Assembly: GCA_027491395.1 (NCBI GenBank) | Contig: JAOZFI010000041.1 | Span: forward strand, 84,378-148,377 | Source: Thermoproteota archaeon | GTDB lineage: Archaea > Korarchaeota > Korarchaeia > Korarchaeales > Korarchaeaceae | Direction of reading: 5' to 3' | Length of the DNA stretch: 64,000 nucleotides | In this document: positions 39,289 to 46,855 of the stretch, in pieces | Numbering within the stretch: position 1 is the stretch's first letter | How the letters are laid out: the number at the start of each line of letters is the position of its first letter | Notes under the pieces: model-generated | What the model saw: the letters and a program-made list of their open reading frames with translations, nothing else | What the model was told of the DNA's origin: nothing | Database searches by the model: none | Made by a program: the position numbers and the translations under genes

Positions 39289-40608
39289 TTAAGAGGTTGA
39301 AAATAGTGACCATCTTACCAGCGAGTCGGCCGATCTCAGCGCACGGCATGGGGTGGGGTAAGCGGGTATGCCCTTCCTCCTCAAGGAGAGGACCGCCTCC
39401 AAGGCCTTCTTTCCACCCATTATCACCGGTATTATCGGCTTATCATAAAGATCCCAGAGGTCGTATATCATACTAGCGAACCTCATGGGATCAGAGAGAG
39501 CGGTCTCACAATGCAGGGCAATGACACCATCCACATCCCTCCTAGACATAAGCACATCCAGCACGCCCCTGTAAACATCGGTCCCAGCTCTACCTGTTAT
39601 GTCGACAGGATTGGTGGAAAAATTCCCACCTTCCGGTACGAACTGCCTCATCTCCTCAATCAGATCATTGCCGGGCTCGGGTAAGTCAAGAATGGAATCA
39701 GAAGACATCCCCTTAAGGAGCTTTCCCGCTCCCCCGCTGTTGGTCACGGCGATGAAGGATCTCCCTTTTATCCTCTTACCGGAAAGCGCCAGGGCCATGT
39801 CCAAGGCTGTGATCACATCATCAGTTATCGGTAGATTACCCTGAAGTCCCTTTAACTCCTCTTTCACCTGATCTGAAGCCGTGAGGATAACCAAGGGCTT
39901 CCTTCGGGCTACCTCTTCGACTGCGGCCTTCAATGAACCTCTATCCTTAACGCTCTCGGCATGCAGCACCAAGGACCTGGTGCTCCTATCTTCGGCTAGA
40001 TAACTCAGAACTTCACTCTCGCTGACATCCAGCTTGTCGCCCAGCCCTATCACCGCTGAGAGTCCGACACCTTGGACAGTGGCTAGGCCCATGAGTGCCA
40101 TTCCTAAGGTACGGGACTCCGTGACGAGGCCAACTCCTCCCTCAAGCACCTCCATGGGACCTAGTGTGGCGTTAAGTCGGCTCTTGATGTGGAATATGCC
40201 CATAGAGGACGGGCCCAAGATCCTTATCCCGTGTTTCTGTGCTGACTCGTATATGTCGTAGGAGGAGGGGTCACCTCTCTTCCCAGAAATGACTACGGCT
40301 ACCTTAACGCCCTTGGCGCCGAGCTCCCCCATGATCTTCGGGATCCTCTCAACGGGCGACACCAAAATTGCGAGATCTATGTCCTCCGTCACATCCAGAA
40401 CCGTCTTATAGCATCTGATATCGTGTATCTCTGCGTACTTGGGATTCACAGGGAATATGGGCCCAGGGAAACCGTACTTAACCAAGTTGGTGAGGACCTC
40501 GTAACCCATCTTGCCGGGAGTCTTGGACACGCCGATAACCGCAATGGATCTGGGCTCAAAGAGGGTTCTCAGTGTATCTTCCTCCACGAAGGAAATCACC
40601 TCCCTCAA
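39289..40608 (-). CDS. ADP-forming acyl-CoA synthetase alpha-subunit-like protein without the phosphohistidine segment
   Basis: FEPRSIAVIG, FPVNP, RILGP, TNSGGAG, NPVDITG; the SHTG segment is missing. Confidence 0.8.
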   Translation of the reverse strand: MREVISFVEEDTLRTLFEPRSIAVIGVSKTPGKMGYEVLTNLVKYGFPGPIFPVNPKYAEIHDIRCYKTVLDVTEDIDLAILVSPVERIPKIMGELGAKGVKVAVVISGKRGDPSSYDIYESAQKHGIRILGPSSMGIFHIKSRLNATLGPMEVLEGGVGLVTESRTLGMALMGLATVQGVGLSAVIGLGDKLDVSESEVLSYLAEDRSTRSLVLHAESVKDRGSLKAAVEEVARRKPLVILTASDQVKEELKGLQGNLPITDDVITALDMALALSGKRIKGRSFIAVTNSGGAGKLLKGMSSDSILDLPEPGNDLIEEMRQFVPEGGNFSTNPVDITGRAGTDVYRGVLDVLMSRRDVDGVIALHCETALSDPMRFASMIYDLWDLYDKPIIPVIMGGKKALEAVLSLRRKGIPAYPTPCRALRSADSLVRWSLFSTS

Positions 40609-41129
40609 CCTGACTCAGCGGCAACTGCCCTCCAGATCGCATCTCCGGCGTGATGCAGATTCTTCACGGATCTTCCCCTCTCCTTTATCTGATCCGGCGG
40701 TCTGAGAGCCCTGCCTATGGCTATGGTTGCCCCTAACCTCTCGTCGACCACGACTACCAAGTCTCCCTCGTCGAAGTTCCCCATGACCTCCTTGATGCCC
40801 GGTCCCATGACGTGGGCTCCGCTGGCTATCGGTTTAACCGCCCCCAAGTCCACTACCACCTTAGGTAGATCGAGACCGAACTTCTCGACGGCCGTAAGGA
40901 AGGGTATGAGGTCATTATCCTCAGTGGGGAGCTCAACGAGCACGGGTTCCCCCTCATAGTAATAGACCTTGGCCATCTTCCCCTTCCATGGAACCTCGAG
41001 CACTTGGAGGGAGATCTTCCTTTTACTGAAGACGTTGCTCATGCTCCTTATCTCCTTGACCGCCCTGTCTATGATGGTCTTACTCTGCTTTACCGTAATC
41101 GCGTATTTCCTCCCCGGAATTGCCCTCAC
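40605..41129 (-). CDS. PUA-domain RNA-binding protein (DUF1947/Tma20-MCT1-like)
   Basis: VVVDLGAVKPIASGAHVMGPGI, KNLHHAGD. Confidence 0.88.
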   Translation of the reverse strand: MRAIPGRKYAITVKQSKTIIDRAVKEIRSMSNVFSKRKISLQVLEVPWKGKMAKVYYYEGEPVLVELPTEDNDLIPFLTAVEKFGLDLPKVVVDLGAVKPIASGAHVMGPGIKEVMGNFDEGDLVVVVDERLGATIAIGRALRPPDQIKERGRSVKNLHHAGDAIWRAVAAESG

Positions 41130-41148
41130 CTTTGCGAATATAGTGAAA

Positions 41149-41225
41149 TGGCGCCCGGGCCGGGATTTGAACCCGGGTCTGGGGCTCGACAGGCCCCTAT
41201 GCTAACCGGGCTACACCACCCGGGC
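41149..41225 (-). tRNA. tRNA-Asp(GTC), CCA encoded
   Basis: Reverse complement GCCCGGGTGGTGTAGCCCGGTTAGCATAGGGGCCTGTCGAGCCCCAGACCCGGGTTCAAATCCCGGCCCGGGCGCCA; TTTATAA TATA box upstream. Confidence 0.96.
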
Positions 41226-41261
41226 ACCGGAGTAGTGGAGGCAACCATCATTATAAATATT

Positions 41262-42104
41262 TCACCGTTTCCGCCTCAGGCGCTCGTAGACCAGCTTCAT
41301 CTTCAGGGCATCCCTCTCTAACAAGGGGGACTCAGAGATCACCAGCCACCGGACATCTTTTTCCACCATGAGCTGAGCTAAGGGCTCGAACTCGGGACCA
41401 TAGCCGGAGCCCAGTTCGTGGTGCATCCTCTCCCCGTAACCCGACTTAGTGGGCTCCACCTCGGTGAAATGCACGACGAGACCGTCTAATGTGCCCAACC
41501 TGCCCTCTATCTCATCTAAGATCTTCTCGTAGTCTTTCCTGCCCTTGATCACGCCTCCATCCCTCACGTGTATATGGGCGAAGTCCACAGTCGGCACGAC
41601 ACTATCAACACTCTCGGCCATGGTGAGCACGTCGTCTAGGGAACCTAGTTGCGAGGGCTTCCCCGTGGTCTCCGGGCCGAGCTCTACTTGGAGTCCTCTG
41701 CCCTTTATCACGCTGTTGAGACGCTCCAAAGCATTTATTGCCATCTTCAAGGCCTCATCTCTCCCGAACTTACCGTAGTATCCTGGGTGGAATGTGATGT
41801 GCCTCGCGCCCATTCTATGGGCAGCCACGGCCGCGGATAAGATTCTCTCAATGCTTGCTTCCCTCTTTTTGGGATCCTCGGATGCCAAATTTATGGCATA
41901 GGGTGCGTGAAGTGAGAGCATTACGCCGTTCTCCTCTGACTGCTCCCTTATCCATTTAAGCAGTTCTTTGTTCTTCGGAACTGACCTGACGGCTTGGTAT
42001 TCCATCCCGTCTAGCCCTAGGCTCCTCAGATATGTGAATGCCTCCTCCTTAGGGGCATCCAATGGGTAACCAGCTGGCCCAAACCGAGTTCTATCGATGT
42101 CCAT
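41262..42104 (-). CDS. nfo: Endonuclease IV (AP endonuclease)
   Basis: FGPAG, SLHAPYAINL, FHPGY, ETTGK..QLG, DFAH. Confidence 0.9.
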   Translation of the reverse strand: MDIDRTRFGPAGYPLDAPKEEAFTYLRSLGLDGMEYQAVRSVPKNKELLKWIREQSEENGVMLSLHAPYAINLASEDPKKREASIERILSAAVAAHRMGARHITFHPGYYGKFGRDEALKMAINALERLNSVIKGRGLQVELGPETTGKPSQLGSLDDVLTMAESVDSVVPTVDFAHIHVRDGGVIKGRKDYEKILDEIEGRLGTLDGLVVHFTEVEPTKSGYGERMHHELGSGYGPEFEPLAQLMVEKDVRWLVISESPLLERDALKMKLVYERLRRKR

Positions 42105-42220
42105 CCCTTCCTCGATCTCCCATGTAAGACATTATCCTTACGCCTCCCTCTCCTCCTTTTACTGTTAAAAGTCTTGATATAAGGTGGAAGGGTTATATAC
42201 CCCTTCCGGTTCTATATGAT

Positions 42221-42357
42221 GGGGTCGCCCGGCCCTTGGCGGGCTTAGCCCGATGTGCGGGCTATGGCCTACCACCGAAGTGGAAGGGGCCCTAAATTGG
42301 CCCCGATCTCGGGCGTCCTCAGGACGCCTCCCTCCGGACACCGTGCCGAGCGACCCC
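42221..42357. ncRNA. Putative structured non-coding RNA or structured leader of unknown family
   Basis: Very GC-rich; closing stem GGGGTCGC(C)CGGC/GCCG(A)GCGACCCC encloses hairpins TAGCCCG/CGGGCTA, CCAC/GTGG, GGGGCC/GGCCCC and GGCGTCC/GGACGCC; TTATATA about 25 nt upstream on +. Confidence 0.55.
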
Positions 42358-42385
42358 CCGCACCTCCACCTCCTTCGGTGATAGC

Positions 42386-43453
42386 ATGGCATGGTTCCTG
42401 AGGCCAGACGCTTTCTCGGCCTTCGAGAACGAGGAGATAAGGGACACAATACCGAGGTACATAAGAGTGGTGAGGAGGGAGGAACCTCCCCTCTTCAGAC
42501 TGACTCAGAGGATCTTCTTGGATGTGGGCGACGATCCTTGGGCCACTCACGACGAGGGACTCCAGATACTCTCGAAATGCGTGGTAGAGGGAGGATGCCC
42601 TAAGGAGAAGAGAGATGGGAGAACCTCCTTGCTCGAACTCAAGGCACTCTTGGCCAAGGACCTGCTCCGAGAGTGCAGGCTGTGCGAGTGGAAGTGCGGT
42701 GTGAACAGACTTGAAGGGGAGATAGGTGTCTGCAGGGTCCGAGACTCACGAGTGGCGAGCGCCTTCATTCACATGGGAGAGGAGGCCCCTATAACCCCTT
42801 CTGGAACTATATTCTTTACCGGATGCAACTTCAGGTGCATCTTTTGTCAGAACTGGGATATATCCCAATTCCCTGAATCAGGCAAGCGGGTGGACGAACG
42901 GGAACTTGCGTCTATTATGGACGAGCTGAGGAGGCAGGGCGCCAGGAACATTAATCTGGTCGGAGGAGAGCCTACACCCAACCTCCCCCTGATAATCTCG
43001 TCCCTCAACCTCGTCAGGGAGAACTTCCCCGTTGTGTGGAATTCCAACATGTATATGAGCGAAGAGGCTATGAAGCTCCTGCTCGGTTTGGTGGATCTCT
43101 GGCTGCCGGACTTCAAGTACTGGAACGATGAGTGTGCTAGGAAGTACAGCGGGATCCCTCGCTACAGGGAGACCGTAACTAGGAACTTGAAAATGGCGTA
43201 CGACTATCCGCCCGGGGAGATGGTGCTGAGGCACTTGGTCCTTCCTGGGCACTTGAACTGCTGCACGGAACCAATCTTGAGGTGGATCTCCGATAACATC
43301 CCCGACATATTGGTGAACATAATGGATCAGTACAGGCCCGAGTACAGGGCCAGCAAGTTCGACGAGATAAACAGGAGGGTGACTACTGAGGAGATGACGA
43401 GGGCCTATCGGCTAGCTGATGAACTGGGCCTGAAATGGAGATCCGTCAGCTGA
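42386..43453 (+). CDS. Radical SAM protein, PflX-like (pyruvate formate-lyase activating enzyme related)
   Basis: CRLCEWKCGVNR, HMGEE, GCNFRCIFCQN, NLVGGEP, PDFKY, RHLVLPGH, NIMDQYRP. Confidence 0.9.
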   Translation: MAWFLRPDAFSAFENEEIRDTIPRYIRVVRREEPPLFRLTQRIFLDVGDDPWATHDEGLQILSKCVVEGGCPKEKRDGRTSLLELKALLAKDLLRECRLCEWKCGVNRLEGEIGVCRVRDSRVASAFIHMGEEAPITPSGTIFFTGCNFRCIFCQNWDISQFPESGKRVDERELASIMDELRRQGARNINLVGGEPTPNLPLIISSLNLVRENFPVVWNSNMYMSEEAMKLLLGLVDLWLPDFKYWNDECARKYSGIPRYRETVTRNLKMAYDYPPGEMVLRHLVLPGHLNCCTEPILRWISDNIPDILVNIMDQYRPEYRASKFDEINRRVTTEEMTRAYRLADELGLKWRSVS

Positions 43454-44015
43454 TCGTGAGCAGGAGCCTGACAATCTTCCACCTCAAGTCCTCTAGGCTC
43501 CCCTCATTCAGGATGAAGTAGTCTGCTGCCGCGATGGCGTCCCCCAGATGGAAGGCCCTTATCTCCTCCCTATCCTCACCTAAGAATTCCTCATAACTTT
43601 CCTTGTCAAATCCCACCCTCCTCCTCTTCAGTTGCCTCAGGAATCTCAGGTTCTTGGATGCTAGTATTGCTATCGTCACCACCTTGTCGCCGAACCTGCG
43701 TTCGAACTCCTCTATCTCCTCCAAGTTCCTTATACCGTTCACTACAAATCCCTTCTCCCCGTCCAACCCCTCTATCCTTTTTATCACCAACTTAGCGATT
43801 GCTGAAGGACCGATCTTACTTCTGAGCTCAATCCCCACCTTTCTCATGTTATCTCTAGTTACTGGGAGCCCTCTTTTCCTGAGCTCGTCCAGCAATTCAT
43901 CGCTCATCCTCAAAACCCTGAACCCCAGTTCCTCCTCGATTGCCTTGGCTGCCGCATCTTTCCCGCTTCCGGGAAGCCCCACTATCAGGACTATTTTCCC
44001 ACTGATCTTTCCCAT
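43446..44015 (-). CDS. Archaeal nucleotide kinase, COG0237/UPF0200 (dephospho-CoA kinase-like)
   Basis: GLPGSGK, NGIRNLEE, ADYFILNEGSLE. Confidence 0.82.
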   Translation of the reverse strand: MGKISGKIVLIVGLPGSGKDAAAKAIEEELGFRVLRMSDELLDELRKRGLPVTRDNMRKVGIELRSKIGPSAIAKLVIKRIEGLDGEKGFVVNGIRNLEEIEEFERRFGDKVVTIAILASKNLRFLRQLKRRRVGFDKESYEEFLGEDREEIRAFHLGDAIAAADYFILNEGSLEDLRWKIVRLLLTIS

Positions 44016-44126
44016 CTAGGGGCGGGATCCCGGCATCCATATAAAGATCAGCCCACACAACGTCAGGGTTCATCCGGGGAGAGTGGTTTTAAAGAAGAGC
44101 ATTTACGGGAAACGGGGATCTAAAAA

Positions 44127-44942
44127 ATGATCTCAGTGATAGAGATAGAGGCCGTAAGTCAGGGCGAGGGTATAGTTCCCTTCACGGGGCCTCCTCTGAG
44201 GCGTGCTCTGTTTAAAGCTCTATCATCCCAGAACCCTCTACTGGCAAAGGCTTTAGAGATGTCTTCCAACAAGATATTCATCGAGGCCTTCCTCAGGGAC
44301 AGGAGGCAGTTACCGTGCGGCTTCCAAGATGATCTCGTGTATTCGGGATCTGAATACAGAGGATCGGTCATCATATTCGACGATAAGACTCTCGCAGAAG
44401 CTGTGAAGGGATGGATTTACAAGAAACCCACCATAAAGATAGGGGATGTGCCATTTAAGGTGATGGGGTACTCTTACCAAGAGATAGATATAGAGGACTT
44501 CATACAGGATCAGCCTTGCAAGAACTTCAGGATAAGGTTTCTCACTCCCACATGCTTTAGGAGGACGTCGACCCCATACTGCTACCTATATCCTAACTCC
44601 AAAATGGTGGTCTCGTCAGCATCCGCGGTCTGGAATGCACTGTCACCTAAGAAAGGGCCGGAGACCAGGATAATGTCCATGTGGGCCGATTTGAGTGTCG
44701 TGGAGACCGGATATGAGTTGTGCACTACGAAACCTGTCGAGATAAGTGAGGGCAGGACGTTGGTGGGCTTCATGGGCTGGGTCAATTACAAGGTGGTGGA
44801 TCATCCCGAATGGCACTCCGGCTCCCATGAGGAGATGGCCACGTGGCTCAACACCTACCTGAGGTTCGCGGAATTGGTGGGAGTCGGATACATGAGAAAT
44901 GCGGGATTCGGTAAGATAAGGTTCGAGGTGAAGAGGAGGTAA
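44127..44942 (+). CDS. cas6: CRISPR-associated endoribonuclease Cas6 (stand-alone)
   Basis: FRIRFLTPTCF, GFMGWVNY, C-terminal G-loop FAELVGVGYMRNAGFGKI. Confidence 0.85.
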   Translation: MISVIEIEAVSQGEGIVPFTGPPLRRALFKALSSQNPLLAKALEMSSNKIFIEAFLRDRRQLPCGFQDDLVYSGSEYRGSVIIFDDKTLAEAVKGWIYKKPTIKIGDVPFKVMGYSYQEIDIEDFIQDQPCKNFRIRFLTPTCFRRTSTPYCYLYPNSKMVVSSASAVWNALSPKKGPETRIMSMWADLSVVETGYELCTTKPVEISEGRTLVGFMGWVNYKVVDHPEWHSGSHEEMATWLNTYLRFAELVGVGYMRNAGFGKIRFEVKRR

Positions 44943-44946
44943 CTTG

Positions 44947-45366
44947 TCAGACGAGGGCTTCCACGGGGAGCCCCCCTATCCTCTCCATGAGCGGGATACC
45001 GCTCCTCATCTCTATAGCCTTGTGCCTCTTAGCCCTGAAGATTCTCTTCAGCTCGATGAATACCTGCCAAGTGCTCTCAGCGTCCTTACAGGAAGATATC
45101 GCCACAGTGACCAGTCCGCGATCGGGCCACGTGTGCACAGCTGCGTGTGATTCTCCTATAATTGCTATGCTCAGGACGCCTCCCTCCGGCCTCCTCTGGC
45201 TTAGCACGTCGAACAGTGTGAGACCTGATCTCAGAACCGCCTCAACCAACGCGCTCTGGACGAATTCCACGTCATCGAGCATCTCAGGTTCCACATCGAG
45301 GAGCTCACCGACCACATGGAACTCAAAGGCCTTCACCATTTTACCGCACCTCCACCCCCATCTCAT
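44947..45366 (-). CDS. speD: Pyruvoyl-dependent AdoMet decarboxylase (or arginine decarboxylase) proenzyme; start probably the Met of MVKAF
   Basis: GESHAAVHTWPD...SSC: intact Glu-Ser cleavage site and catalytic Cys. Confidence 0.8.
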   Translation of the reverse strand: MRWGWRCGKMVKAFEFHVVGELLDVEPEMLDDVEFVQSALVEAVLRSGLTLFDVLSQRRPEGGVLSIAIIGESHAAVHTWPDRGLVTVAISSCKDAESTWQVFIELKRIFRAKRHKAIEMRSGIPLMERIGGLPVEALV

Positions 45367-45653
45367 GGTGAGACCGCTCTAGCTCTTTAAAAATATTATG
45401 AAAAGAGATCTGGCAGCTTTAGAGGAGTGATAGAGCGTTTATATCCGGGTTTATAGCATCTAGAAGGGTTTCCTAGTGAGCTAGGTTAACTAAATCGAAA
45501 AAGATATTGTTAAACTCTCAATTTCAGGTTCTCACCTGTGTTCTTAAGCTTTAAGCGGTTCTTATAACTATTTTAGTTTGCAAAGATCACTAAAAATGCT
45601 CTTTTCATATCAGAACGCTTCTCATCCAATTTATGAGAACCCGATTGACTAGG

Positions 45654-45677
45654 AGGGGGGGAGGGGGGGAGGGGGGG
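45654..45677 (+). repeat. (AG7)x3 poly-G tandem repeat in an AT-rich intergenic region
   Basis: AGGGGGGG repeated three times, followed by TTTATATAG. Confidence 0.85.
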
Positions 45678-45745
45678 TTTATATAGCTACCGATCTCGGT
45701 CCCCCCACCCCTCTCGGGTTCCCTCAAGCGATCCTTCAATCGTCC

Positions 45746-46789
45746 TCAGAAGAATCTCTCCAAGCTCCCGCTTATCTTGCGCTCTTCCTCCTCAGAGAAT
45801 CCCCTGACCATCCTCTCAAGCGTGGAGCTCCTGCTATCCAGTTCCGGCTCTTCGCTCAATTTGTTCGCCCTTTCTTCGACCCACTTCCTCAAGACTTCGT
45901 TGATGGCCTTTATCATGACCTCCTTCCAGCGGGACATGTCTTCCGGGTCTATCCACTCATCTAGGTCCCTCTTTCCAAGTTCGTTATAGAACTCCTTGGT
46001 GTAGGTCTCACCCGTAGGTCTCCTACCTAGTGAATAGAAGATCCAACCCAATGATATTCTCTGGGTTATCTCGGCACTGTCGCCTACTATGGAGAACTCC
46101 TCCTCTCTCAAAGCTACGAACTCGTCAACCCTAACAAGCTGACTAAGGTTGTCGTAGGTGCTCTGAGCCTCATCCTCAATCACCCTGATGGCCTCTAGGC
46201 TCATTGAGAACTGCTTTCTGAACTCCTCCACCCCCCAGCTTCCGAGTAGAATGTTGATCTTACCCCTTATGTCCACACTCATGTCGTAGAGGTAGGGTAT
46301 CAGATTGGAGAGAATGGAGTGGATCTCCTCGAGGGGCTTCTCCCCTATGACAGACGAGTTATCAGACGCTCTAGTGAGGATCTCAGGGTATTCAGAGGAA
46401 ATAGACGCGAGTTCTTTGATCCTAGGAAGCATCCTCCTGATTATGGCCGGGCCCGACGAAGCATCCAGCATTATTATGGGATTTTGCGCGAAGGCGGACG
46501 CCGTACTACCACCGGCCAGCCTGCCCAAGGTCCACAGGGAGTCCACAACTCTCCAATCTCCCCCATCATCGATTAGGACTAGGGGATCAACCCTACCGAC
46601 CCTGGGCCTGTCGGGAGACGGGGTCAGGTTAACGATGAAACCGGAGCGGACGCTCTTCCCGTCCACTTCGTGTTCTCTGGTGGCCAGAAGGGACACACCC
46701 GCCCTCATCTCAATTATCCAAGGGGACTCCTCCTTTATGGCGCTGGCGAGGTAGTCAGCGTACTTCTCCCTTTCAAGCATGCAGGACAT
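45746..46789 (-). CDS. Hypothetical protein with a C-terminal PIP-box-like motif
   Basis: 347-aa ORF with genome-typical codon usage; ends SGSLERFF. Confidence 0.7.
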   Translation of the reverse strand: MSCMLEREKYADYLASAIKEESPWIIEMRAGVSLLATREHEVDGKSVRSGFIVNLTPSPDRPRVGRVDPLVLIDDGGDWRVVDSLWTLGRLAGGSTASAFAQNPIIMLDASSGPAIIRRMLPRIKELASISSEYPEILTRASDNSSVIGEKPLEEIHSILSNLIPYLYDMSVDIRGKINILLGSWGVEEFRKQFSMSLEAIRVIEDEAQSTYDNLSQLVRVDEFVALREEEFSIVGDSAEITQRISLGWIFYSLGRRPTGETYTKEFYNELGKRDLDEWIDPEDMSRWKEVMIKAINEVLRKWVEERANKLSEEPELDSRSSTLERMVRGFSEEEERKISGSLERFF

Positions 46790-46855
46790 TAACCACCCGG
46801 CACCCCCCGGGTCTCAACATACCTCCCGATGAGGACTATATAACCATCACTCAAG

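Noticed and set aside
42221-42357. tRNA-Sec, RNase P RNA, SRP RNA, 5S rRNA or hammerhead ribozyme as the identity of the GC-rich element
   Set aside because: The TCA sits in a 3-nt loop with no T-arm; RNase P and SRP conserved motifs are absent; minus-strand CUGAGGA is not followed by a GAAA core
42165-42550. Small ORFs (42165-42449, 42269-42550) over the GC-rich element
   Set aside because: Pro/Arg/Gly-rich translations typical of GC-rich non-coding DNA, and they overlap the radical SAM gene
44016-45745. CRISPR array near cas6
   Set aside because: No regularly spaced 24-40 bp direct repeats; the GTTCT motifs are short and irregularly spaced
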